Assembly: GCA_029934065.1 (NCBI GenBank)
Contig: JAOZMX010000001.1
Coordinates: 2,305-66,304 of the forward strand
Direction of reading: 5' to 3'
DNA length: 64,000 nt
DNA from: Bacteroidales bacterium
GTDB taxonomy: Bacteria > Bacteroidota > Bacteroidia > Bacteroidales > 4484-276
Part shown: piece by piece, positions 46,431 to 54,878 of the stretch
Position numbering within the stretch: position 1 is the stretch's first letter
How the letters are laid out: the number at the start of each line of letters is the position of its first letter
Made by a program: the position numbers and the translations under genes
Notes under the pieces: model-generated
What the model saw: only the letters and a program-made list of their open reading frames with translations
Told to the model about the DNA's origin: nothing
Databases searched by the model: none

Positions 46431-48650
46431 ATGAACAAAAGAGCTGTTATTCTTTTGTTTTTGATGTGGCAGGTATTGGCAGGCTTTTCACAGGCCCGGA
46501 TCAGCGGGGTGGTTTCCGATCAATCCTCCGGAGAGTCCCTGCCGGGTGTTAATGTCTATATTCCCGAGATACAAAAGGGAACTTTTACCGATGGCAAAGG
46601 CGAATATTTCATCGGGCAGTTGCCGAAGGGACATTTTAAGATACAGTTTTCAAGTATTGGTTACAAAACCGTTGTCAAGGAAGCGGATTTTGCAGATGCG
46701 GGTATCACCATGGACGTTGGCCTTACCCCTGAAATTATCCATACCCAGGCGGTGGTTATATCGGGAGGAGCCTATTCCACGCAGCACGACAATGCCGTAA
46801 AGATCGAATCCGTTGGACGGAAAAGGATGGACGAAACGGGCGATATCGGCGTGATGAAAAAACTTTCGTCCGTTCCGGGTGTTGCCGTCATCAGCAAAGG
46901 AACGGGAATCACCACACCGGTCATCCGCGGATTGTCCACTTCCAACATTCTTGTGCTCAATAACGGCATACGCATGGAGGATTACCAGTTTTCGGTCAAT
47001 CATCCCTATTTGCTCAACGAATTCGGCATCGACCGGGTTGAGATCATCAAGGGCGCCGCATCGCTGCTCTACGGCTCGGATGCCGTAGGCGGCGTACTGA
47101 ACTTTATTCGCGAAAAGCCCGCTCCCGTTGGGAAAGTGATTGGCGATCTGCATACTGCATACAATGTCAACACAAACGGTGTTTCATGCAATCTCGGCGT
47201 GAAAGGAACACACAAATCCTTTTTCTGGGGAATGAGAGCCGGAGGCAAGACCTTTGAGGATTATACGGACGGGAACGGAAATTTTGTTCCCAACTCCCGT
47301 TTCAACGAAGCAAGCATTAAGACTTTCACGGGATTCAATGCTTCATTCGGCGTGTTCAGGGTTGATTACGAATACATGAAAATGAAGCCCGGCCTGACCG
47401 TGCCGCCCTCCATCGCATTGGTGGATACCAAAGGGAGAAAAAACGAGGTTTGGTATCAGGATTTGACCGGTCATCAGCTCTCTTCCAAAAATACGTTTTT
47501 CATCAACCGGTGGAAATTAGATGCCAACGTGAGCTATCAGTTCAATGCCCGAAAATTGATGACCAACCCGCAGGGGCCGGATTTCACCGATGTGGATATG
47601 CGTCTGCAAACCCTGAACTGGGATGTGAAAGGGAATTATCATATCAGTAAGGGGCACAGTCTTATTCTGGGTGTTAGCGGAATGGTACAGCAAAACCGGA
47701 ACCGGCAGGCTCCCGAGCATGTTTTGCCCGACTACAACCTGAATGATGAGTCGCTGTTGACGCTTTACAACGGAAACATCAATCAAAGGCTTTTCCTGCA
47801 GGCAGGGTTGCGTTACGATTTCCGGCATATTGATGTTCCGGAACAGGAACAGTTTGAAGACCCTCTTTTTCGCCATTACGGGAATATCAGCGGCTCGGTG
47901 GGAGGGACGTATCAATTGCTGAAAGAGGTATTGCTGCTGCGGCTGAATCTGGCGTCGGCATTTCGCACTCCGGGCATTGCCGAACTTACCGAAGACGGTC
48001 AGCACGGTGCCCGCTACGAAGTGGGAGACCCCAACCTGAAATCGCAACGCAACTACGAAACCGACGTAAGCCTCCATTACCATTCGGGTATCTTCCTGGC
48101 CGATGTGGCGGGATTTTACAATCACATCAACAATTACATCTACCTGTCGCCGACGGCTGACACCACCGGTGAAGGATTACAGATTTTCCGTTACGTGCAA
48201 AACGATGCCGATCTTTCCGGTTTTGAATGCTCTGCGGAATTGCTCCCGCTTGCATGGCTGAATTTGCAGGCCGGTTATTCGTTTTTGCGGGCGGAACAAA
48301 CCAATGGAGAAAATCTTCCGTTGATACCGCAAAATCGATTGAACGGCAAAATCACCTTTTCAAAAACTTCGAAAAAGTGGTATCGTAAGGTTTCCTTTTG
48401 GCTTAAAGCCGAATATGCTTTCAAACAAGACCGTCCCGCTGCATTCGAATTGGAAACGCCGGCATATTGGCTGATGAACGCCGGTGCGGATGCGAAAATG
48501 CAGTTCGGCAGGCAAACGGTTGATTTACGGTTCAATCTGAATAATCTGTTCAATGAAACCTATCTCGATCACCTCTCCACACTAACAGGCACGGGGTATT
48601 ACAACATCGGAAGGAATTTTACCGTCGCATTGCGAATCCCATTCGGTTAA
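46431..48650 (+). CDS. TonB-dependent receptor with N-terminal carboxypeptidase-regulatory-like domain
   Basis: 739 aa with a signal peptide, a CarbopepD_reg-like segment (ISGVVSD...LPGVNVYI...GEYFIGQLPKGHFKIQFSSIGYK), a plug (VEIIKGAASLLYGSDAVGGVLNF) and a beta-barrel. It starts 24 nt after the A2M-like gene. Confidence 0.9.
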   Translation: MNKRAVILLFLMWQVLAGFSQARISGVVSDQSSGESLPGVNVYIPEIQKGTFTDGKGEYFIGQLPKGHFKIQFSSIGYKTVVKEADFADAGITMDVGLTPEIIHTQAVVISGGAYSTQHDNAVKIESVGRKRMDETGDIGVMKKLSSVPGVAVISKGTGITTPVIRGLSTSNILVLNNGIRMEDYQFSVNHPYLLNEFGIDRVEIIKGAASLLYGSDAVGGVLNFIREKPAPVGKVIGDLHTAYNVNTNGVSCNLGVKGTHKSFFWGMRAGGKTFEDYTDGNGNFVPNSRFNEASIKTFTGFNASFGVFRVDYEYMKMKPGLTVPPSIALVDTKGRKNEVWYQDLTGHQLSSKNTFFINRWKLDANVSYQFNARKLMTNPQGPDFTDVDMRLQTLNWDVKGNYHISKGHSLILGVSGMVQQNRNRQAPEHVLPDYNLNDESLLTLYNGNINQRLFLQAGLRYDFRHIDVPEQEQFEDPLFRHYGNISGSVGGTYQLLKEVLLLRLNLASAFRTPGIAELTEDGQHGARYEVGDPNLKSQRNYETDVSLHYHSGIFLADVAGFYNHINNYIYLSPTADTTGEGLQIFRYVQNDADLSGFECSAELLPLAWLNLQAGYSFLRAEQTNGENLPLIPQNRLNGKITFSKTSKKWYRKVSFWLKAEYAFKQDRPAAFELETPAYWLMNAGADAKMQFGRQTVDLRFNLNNLFNETYLDHLSTLTGTGYYNIGRNFTVALRIPFG

Positions 48651-48665
48651 CAAATTCCGGAAAAC

Positions 48666-48992
48666 TCATTTTAACTTCTCGTTGTTTTTGTGTCTGATCT
48701 TGTCACGGTCGGATTTTTTCCCCAGATTCTTTTCAAAAGCTTCCGTCAGGTCGATACCGGTTTGATTGGCGATACATATCAGCACAAAAAGTACGTCGGC
48801 CAGCTCGTCGGCCAGCTCTTTGTCACGATCGGATTCTTTAAAAGATTGTTCGCCGTACTGCCGCGCCATGATTCGGGCCACCTCGCCCACCTCTTCGGTC
48901 AGAATGGCCATGTTCGTCAATTCGTTGAAGTACCTGATCCCTACGGATTGTATCCAGGCATCCACTTTTTTCTGGGCTTGCGCTAATGTCAT
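48666..48992 (-). CDS. small MazG-family nucleotide pyrophosphohydrolase
   Basis: About 108 aa from the ATG at 48992 (the ORF start at 49040 is a TTG). Has EExxE/D motifs (LTEEVGEVAR, ELADELADVLF). Confidence 0.8.
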   Translation of the reverse strand: MTLAQAQKKVDAWIQSVGIRYFNELTNMAILTEEVGEVARIMARQYGEQSFKESDRDKELADELADVLFVLICIANQTGIDLTEAFEKNLGKKSDRDKIRHKNNEKLK

Positions 48993-49122
48993 CTTTGGAT
49001 AAAATTTTTGTTTGATGGTTAATGCTTCGTTTGTGTTCAAAAATATGTATTTTTATTTAGCCGTTTTCATTATTTAAAAATAAGAAGGTTGGAAAAAAGA
49101 TTTGTTGATTTAAAAAAAGTAT

Positions 49123-49130
49123 TAACTTTG
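49123..49130 (+). promoter_or_regulatory. -7 box TAacTTTG (with TTTG/TTG at 49101-49107) upstream of mazE
   Basis: TAACTTTG lies 25 nt upstream of the ATG at 49155. Confidence 0.5.
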
Positions 49131-49154
49131 TAATTACATTATAAAAATGATGAT

Positions 49155-49400
49155 ATGGAACTATCAATAATTCGAATAGGAAATTCAAAAGGATTCAGGC
49201 TGCCTAAAAGCCTGATTGAGAAATATAACATCAAAGATAAGGTAGAGCTTATTCTGGAAAAAGGATATTTGATATTAAAACCGGTTTCTAATCCGAGAAA
49301 AGGATGGGAACAAGCATTTAAGAAAATGAATGAAAATGGAGAAGACCAGCTTTTATTTGATGATGTTTTTGAAAATGAAAATTTAGAAGAATGGATTTAA
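49155..49400 (+). CDS. mazE: AbrB/MazE/SpoVT-family antitoxin
   Basis: 81 aa with a swapped-hairpin motif (IIRIGNSKGFRLPKSLIEKYNI) and an acidic C-terminus. It overlaps the toxin gene by 10 nt. Confidence 0.8.
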   Translation: MELSIIRIGNSKGFRLPKSLIEKYNIKDKVELILEKGYLILKPVSNPRKGWEQAFKKMNENGEDQLLFDDVFENENLEEWI

Positions 49401-49714
49401 AACAATATCAAATAGTTCTTGTAAATCTTGACCCTACACTTGGAAGTGAAATAAAAAAGACACGGCCTTGTGTTGTGATTTCGCCTGACGAAATGAATAA
49501 GTTTCTTCGGACAATCATTGTTGCTCCAATGACTACAACATCTCGGAAATATCCGACAAGAATAGAGGTAAAACACGATGAAAAAACAGGCTGGGTTGTC
49601 GTTGATCAAATTCGAACTATTGACAAACAAAGAATTATAAAAATTGTAGGGAGATTATCGCAACCTGAAATAAAAGAATTGAAGTCTGTGATAAAAGAGA
49701 CATTTGTAGATTAA
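49391..49714 (+). CDS. mazF: MazF/PemK-family endoribonuclease toxin
   Basis: 107 aa with IVLVNLDPTLGSEIKKTRPCVVIS...IVAPMTT...YPTRIEV...VVVDQIRTIDKQRI. Confidence 0.85.
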   Translation: MDLKQYQIVLVNLDPTLGSEIKKTRPCVVISPDEMNKFLRTIIVAPMTTTSRKYPTRIEVKHDEKTGWVVVDQIRTIDKQRIIKIVGRLSQPEIKELKSVIKETFVD

Positions 49715-49751
49715 ATGAACAATATAAGTTGAATCACAAAAAACCGGAATT

Positions 49752-50885
49752 ATGCAAAAAAAATACCCGTCAATCGTAGTTGTAACACACTATCTTCTTT
49801 TCATCATCATTTTTTTCTTTATCGCCATCATCACCAAAGGATTCCTGATTCCTATCGTTTTCGGGATGCTGATCGCATCGTTGCTTTATCCCGTTTCCCA
49901 GCTTTTTATCAAGATAGGATTTCATAAAGGATTGGCCATTTTTGTCACGATCATCATGATGATGGCGGCTTTTGGAGGGGTCTCGTTGTTTTTTGCCGAT
50001 GAGGTATCCAAACTCACCAATGATTTTCCGCAACTGAAAGAAAAAGCCATCCACAATGTCAATGAAATTTCCATGTACATTGAAGAAACCGTGGGCATCA
50101 AAACCGAAACACAAAAAAACTGGGTGAAAGATCAGGTGACCAATCTTTTTGTTTCGGGCAGCAAGGTGATGAATGAGGTACTGAATGCCACAGCGGGAAC
50201 AGTTTTTAAGATTTTACTGATGCCTGTTTTTGTTTTTTACCTGTTGTTTTACCGGGAACGATTTCACATTTTTCTGATGCAGATCGTGCCGCACAAGGAT
50301 CGGGGACGGGCCAACAAGATCATCAAAGAAATTTCGTTCGTTTCACAAAGGTATATGGGCGGCGCCACCATCGTTGTGCTGATTTTGTCAATATTAAATT
50401 CTTTCGGATTGTACATCATCGGGTTGAAGTATGCCATATTATTCGGAGTGATATCGGCACTTTTCAATTACATACCCTATTTCGGCACGTGGATCGGCGC
50501 GTTTTTTCCGTTCACTTTTGCTTTGCTGACGGGTGATTCTCCGAACCTTGCCATCGGGGTTTTCTTTTTGTTCCTCATCATTCAGTTTACCGAGAACAAT
50601 ATTCTGACGCCGAACATTACGGGAGGATATGTCAGACTGAATCCGTTTGTTACCATTCTGGCCCTGATTGCCGGGGCCAAGGTTTGGGGTGTTGCCGGGA
50701 TGTTGCTGATCATTCCCTTTATTGCCAGTTTGAAGATCATTTTTGATCATTTCGAATCCACAAAACCATTGGCGTTTATTCTTGCCCGTCCCGAGAACGA
50801 TGCCTACTGGCGACGCGTAAGAAAGATCAAATCGCTGTTGAAGAGGAAAGAGTCCGGAAACAATGCATCCGGTATCGAAGAATGA
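49752..50885 (+). CDS. AI-2E family (PerM/YhhT-like) transporter
   Basis: 377 aa and polytopic. The conserved C-terminal region (NYIPYFG...FLIIQFTENNILTPNITG...NPFVTILALIAGAKVWGVAGMLLIIP) is typical of the family. Confidence 0.8.
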   Translation: MQKKYPSIVVVTHYLLFIIIFFFIAIITKGFLIPIVFGMLIASLLYPVSQLFIKIGFHKGLAIFVTIIMMMAAFGGVSLFFADEVSKLTNDFPQLKEKAIHNVNEISMYIEETVGIKTETQKNWVKDQVTNLFVSGSKVMNEVLNATAGTVFKILLMPVFVFYLLFYRERFHIFLMQIVPHKDRGRANKIIKEISFVSQRYMGGATIVVLILSILNSFGLYIIGLKYAILFGVISALFNYIPYFGTWIGAFFPFTFALLTGDSPNLAIGVFFLFLIIQFTENNILTPNITGGYVRLNPFVTILALIAGAKVWGVAGMLLIIPFIASLKIIFDHFESTKPLAFILARPENDAYWRRVRKIKSLLKRKESGNNASGIEE

Positions 50886-50926
50886 AAACCGGTGGTGTGC
50901 GGAAATTGTTCTATTTTTGCAATGGA

Positions 50927-50934
50927 TAATTTTG
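50927..50934 (+). promoter_or_regulatory. -7 box TAatTTTG upstream of the THUMP methyltransferase region
   Basis: TAATTTTG lies 19 nt upstream of a 31-codon upstream ORF (50953-51048) and 111 nt upstream of the TTG start at 51045. Confidence 0.4.
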
Positions 50935-51044
50935 ATTAATTAATTTGATATTATGAAAGATACGGATCAGGTGAGCCAGACTTTTATTCCGGAGGTAAAG
51001 ACGCTTCCGGCATCCGTCCGTTCGATCATTAAACCCAGAATCTT

Positions 51045-52211
51045 TTGAAAAAAAACCACGCTGATACTTTCCGGATCATTGTAAAAACCCTGACAGGACT
51101 GGAGCAAGTCCTTGCCGCCGAGCTCATCGGCATTGGTATTGAAGACCCCGTTTTGCTCAACAGGGCTGTCGAGTTTCGCGGCACCATGGAGCAGTTGTAC
51201 AAGGCAAATTACCTTTGTCGTACGGCGATGCGGGTGCTGAAGGTGATCGCCGAATTTACCGTTACGGATGAAGATGAGCTTTACCGGAAGATAAAATCCG
51301 TTAAATGGTCTGATCTTTTGTCGGTTGACCGGACACTGGCGGTAGATGCCGTGGTGAACCGTTCGGTGATAACGCATTCGCACTATGCGGCGCTGAAAGT
51401 TAAAGATGCCATTGTTGACCGGTTCAGGGAAGAGACGGGAAAACGGCCTTCGGTTGATCCTGAACGTCCCGATTTGCGCATCAATATCCACATCAACGGT
51501 ACACAGTGTGACGTTTCCATCGACAGTTCGGGCGAATCGTTGCACAAGCGCGGCTATCGCAGGGTTCAGGGCGAGGCTCCCTTGAGTGAGGTGCTCGCTG
51601 CCGGGATGATCATGCTCTCGGGCTGGGACGGAAAAACAGATCTGCTGGATCCGATGTGCGGCTCGGGAACGATCCTCACCGAAGCCTGTATGATCTCCTC
51701 CGGAATGCCCGCCGGATATTTCAGAAAACATTTCGGATTTGAAAAATGGAAAGATTTTGACGCCGCACTCTGGGAAAGCATCAAAACGGAAGCAAACCGC
51801 AAAATAATTCCCGTAAGCGCTGCCGTTTACGGATTTGATAAATCATCCCGCACCCTCAATGCCGCACACATCAACCTGCAGGCCGCCGGTTTTGAAAAAC
51901 AGGTTGAGCTGAAAGCCATTGCTTTCGAACATTCCTCACCTCCTTCGGATGAAGGGATAATCGTTACAAATCCGCCGTACGGCGAACGCATCAAATCGGG
52001 AGATATCCGGATGTTGTACAAAATGATGGGTGATGTGTTGAAAAAATATTATACCGGCTGGCAGGCATGGCTGATTACTTCGGATTCTTCGGCGCTGAAA
52101 TCCGTCGGCCTGCGTACGTCTAAAAAAATCACCCTTTTCAACGGCCCGCTGGAATGCAGATATGTTAAATACGAATTGTATTCCGGAAGTAAAAAAGCAA
52201 AGTACCGTTAG
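51045..52211 (+). CDS. THUMP-domain class I SAM-dependent RNA methyltransferase (RlmL/RlmK N-domain-like)
   Basis: 388 aa with a THUMP N-terminus (TLTGLEQVLAAEL), a SAM motif (DPMCGSGTIL) and the catalytic NPPYGER. TTG is the only in-frame start, because a stop lies 5 codons upstream. Confidence 0.85.
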   Translation: MKKNHADTFRIIVKTLTGLEQVLAAELIGIGIEDPVLLNRAVEFRGTMEQLYKANYLCRTAMRVLKVIAEFTVTDEDELYRKIKSVKWSDLLSVDRTLAVDAVVNRSVITHSHYAALKVKDAIVDRFREETGKRPSVDPERPDLRINIHINGTQCDVSIDSSGESLHKRGYRRVQGEAPLSEVLAAGMIMLSGWDGKTDLLDPMCGSGTILTEACMISSGMPAGYFRKHFGFEKWKDFDAALWESIKTEANRKIIPVSAAVYGFDKSSRTLNAAHINLQAAGFEKQVELKAIAFEHSSPPSDEGIIVTNPPYGERIKSGDIRMLYKMMGDVLKKYYTGWQAWLITSDSSALKSVGLRTSKKITLFNGPLECRYVKYELYSGSKKAKYR

Positions 52212-52234
52212 CTCATCAACTTAAAATTCATCCG

Positions 52235-54727
52235 ATGGAAAGAGTAACGCTTTTTGCCGAAATACTTTTGCCTTTGCCTGTACCGGGTACATTTACCTAT
52301 CGTGTTCCGTACGTGTTGAACGATTTGATGGAAAAAGGCAAGCGGGTGGTTGTACAATTCGGCAAGCGGAAGATATACACCGGGTTGGTGAAGGAAATCC
52401 ATCAAAATGTTCCTGAAGGCTATACCCCCAAATACATCCTCTCTGTTCTGGATGCTTCTCCCGTGGTGAATTTGCTGCAATTTAAGTTTTGGGACTGGAT
52501 GTCGGATTATTATTTGAGTTACCCCGGTGAAGTGATGAATGTTGCTCTTCCCTCGGCGTTGAAACTGGCCAGCGAAACACGCATTGTCCGGAATCCCGAT
52601 TTCGACGGCGATATCTCGGGCCTGAACGAAAAAGAACATCTGATCGCCGAAGCCATCAACATACAGAAAACCTTAACCGTGTCGGAAGTGGCCCGTATCG
52701 TGGAGTTCAAAAAAGTGATCCCGCTCATCAAGAATCTGATGGAGAAAAAGATCGTGCTGGTTGAGGAGGAGGTAAAAGAACGATATCGTCCGAAAACAGA
52801 GACGTATGTTAGCCTGACAACCGAATACAAAAGTGAGGAAAAGTTGCGTGAAGTTTTTGACGAACTGGAAAAAAGGGCTTATAAACAACTGGAATTGCTG
52901 ATGACTTTTTTGAGTCTGACCCACGATGTCAACGGCGGAAGCATGGAAGTGAAAAAGAAAAATCTGCTGAATACCGCACATTCATCGGAGCAAGTGCTGA
53001 CAGCCCTCAAAAAGAAAGGGATCCTGACGGTGACCAAAAAGATCACCAGCCGTCTGGAAAAATACGACGCCCAGCAGTCGGTGGACAGCATCACACTGAC
53101 ACCGGAACAACAAAAAGCATTTAGTGAAATAAAATCACATTTTGAAACAAAAGAAGTGGTGCTGCTGCACGGAGTGACTTCAAGCGGGAAAACGGAAATC
53201 TACATCCGGCTTATCAATGAGGTGATTGCTGAAGGGAAACAGGTACTTTTCCTTTTGCCGGAAATTGCACTCACAACGCAGATCATCAACAGGTTGAGAA
53301 AATTCTTCGGCGAGGCGGTGGGGGTTTATCATTCCAAATACAACGAATTTGAGCGGGTTGAGATATGGAACAAAGTAAACGCTTACGCCAAAGACAGGGA
53401 GGATACCGGATACAGGATTGTGTTGGGAGCCCGTTCCGCATTGTTTTTGCCATACAGCAATCTCGGTCTGGTGATAGTTGACGAAGAGCACGACACTTCC
53501 TACAAACAGTTTAGCCCGGCACCGCGATACAATGCCAGGGATTCGGCTATCGTTTTGGCCCGGATGCACGGAGCCAAAGTATTGCTGGGATCCGCCACGC
53601 CGTCTCTCGAAAGCTATGCCAATGCGCAATTCGGCAAGTATGGTCTGGTGGAGCTGAAAGAGCGGTACGGCGGCATGCAGATGCCCGAGATCATTGTTGT
53701 CAACCTGAAACAGGAAACCCGGCGCAAGATGATGAAATCGCACTTCAGCTCGGTGCTGATGAAACATATTGAGGATGCCTTAAAGGATCATCAGCAGGTG
53801 ATCTTGTTTCAAAACCGCCGGGGTTTTTCGCTGCGGATCGAATGCAACCAGTGCAACTGGACGCCGACATGCAAAAACTGCGATGTTACATTGATTTACC
53901 ACAAGCACAATAACCAGTTGAAATGTCACTATTGCGGCTATTCCACCGCGATACCCGAACGATGTCCCGAATGCGGCCACACCGGATTGATGATGAAAGG
54001 CTTCGGCACCGAAAAGGTGGAAGAGGAACTGGCTATCTTCTTTCCGGAAGCCAAAATCGCACGCATGGATATGGATACCACACGCACAAAAAATGCTTAT
54101 CAGCGGATCATCAACGATTTTGAAGAACACCGTATTGATATTCTCGTGGGAACGCAAATGGTGACCAAAGGACTGGATTTCGATCATGTGAGCGTAGTGG
54201 GTATTCTTAATGCCGATAACCTGATCAGTTACCCCGATTTCAGGTCTTTCGAACGAAGTTTTCAACTGATGGCACAGGTGAGCGGCCGTGCCGGAAGGAA
54301 ACACAAACGCGGAAAAGTGATCATTCAAACCTATAATCCCAATCATCCCGTTATCCGTTTTGTCATCGAAAACCGCTACGACCTGATGTACCGCAGCCAA
54401 CTGGCCGAACGTCAGCAGTACAAATATCCGCCTTTTTACCGCATCATCCGCATACAATTGCAGCACAAGGACAACCAGTTTCTCTATTCCGCAGCAAATG
54501 AGTTTGCGGCCGAATTGCGAAAAAAACTGGGCAAACGGGTGCTGGGCCCCGAATATCCCATTGTTTCGCGCATCAAAAATCTTTATCTGAAAAATATCTT
54601 GATAAAGATCGAGAAATCCGGTAAATCGCACCAAATCAAAGAGCAAATAAAAGAAACCGTTGACGACTTTAAAGCCCGGAGCAGATACAAAGCCGCCAAG
54701 GTGGTGGTGGATGTGGACCCGTTGTAG
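52235..54727 (+). CDS. priA: primosomal replication restart helicase PriA
   Basis: 830 aa with Walker A (GVTSSGKTE), DEEH, a Cys-rich zinc region (CNQCNWTPTCKNCDVTL...CHYCGY...CPECG) and helicase C motifs. Confidence 0.95.
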   Translation: MERVTLFAEILLPLPVPGTFTYRVPYVLNDLMEKGKRVVVQFGKRKIYTGLVKEIHQNVPEGYTPKYILSVLDASPVVNLLQFKFWDWMSDYYLSYPGEVMNVALPSALKLASETRIVRNPDFDGDISGLNEKEHLIAEAINIQKTLTVSEVARIVEFKKVIPLIKNLMEKKIVLVEEEVKERYRPKTETYVSLTTEYKSEEKLREVFDELEKRAYKQLELLMTFLSLTHDVNGGSMEVKKKNLLNTAHSSEQVLTALKKKGILTVTKKITSRLEKYDAQQSVDSITLTPEQQKAFSEIKSHFETKEVVLLHGVTSSGKTEIYIRLINEVIAEGKQVLFLLPEIALTTQIINRLRKFFGEAVGVYHSKYNEFERVEIWNKVNAYAKDREDTGYRIVLGARSALFLPYSNLGLVIVDEEHDTSYKQFSPAPRYNARDSAIVLARMHGAKVLLGSATPSLESYANAQFGKYGLVELKERYGGMQMPEIIVVNLKQETRRKMMKSHFSSVLMKHIEDALKDHQQVILFQNRRGFSLRIECNQCNWTPTCKNCDVTLIYHKHNNQLKCHYCGYSTAIPERCPECGHTGLMMKGFGTEKVEEELAIFFPEAKIARMDMDTTRTKNAYQRIINDFEEHRIDILVGTQMVTKGLDFDHVSVVGILNADNLISYPDFRSFERSFQLMAQVSGRAGRKHKRGKVIIQTYNPNHPVIRFVIENRYDLMYRSQLAERQQYKYPPFYRIIRIQLQHKDNQFLYSAANEFAAELRKKLGKRVLGPEYPIVSRIKNLYLKNILIKIEKSGKSHQIKEQIKETVDDFKARSRYKAAKVVVDVDPL

Positions 54728-54822
54728 AGGTCATTTGTTAACGGAACATCTGTTGAAAGAATTCCTTCATTTTTTATCGTTAACAAAATAACAATATTCC
54801 TTTTTTTCTTTTTAAAGATATT

Positions 54823-54830
54823 TACCTTTG
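54823..54830 (+). promoter_or_regulatory. -7 box TAccTTTG upstream of gcvP
   Basis: TACCTTTG lies 49 nt upstream of the ATG at 54879. Confidence 0.5.
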
Positions 54831-54878
54831 CCGCCCGGAAGATAAAAGAGATATAACAACAAATAACAAACGGACAAC

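Noticed and set aside
54831-54878. A possible glycine riboswitch upstream of gcvP.
   Set aside because: Only ~48 nt separate the -7 box from the ATG. That is too short for even a single glycine aptamer, and none of the conserved aptamer core sequence is visible.
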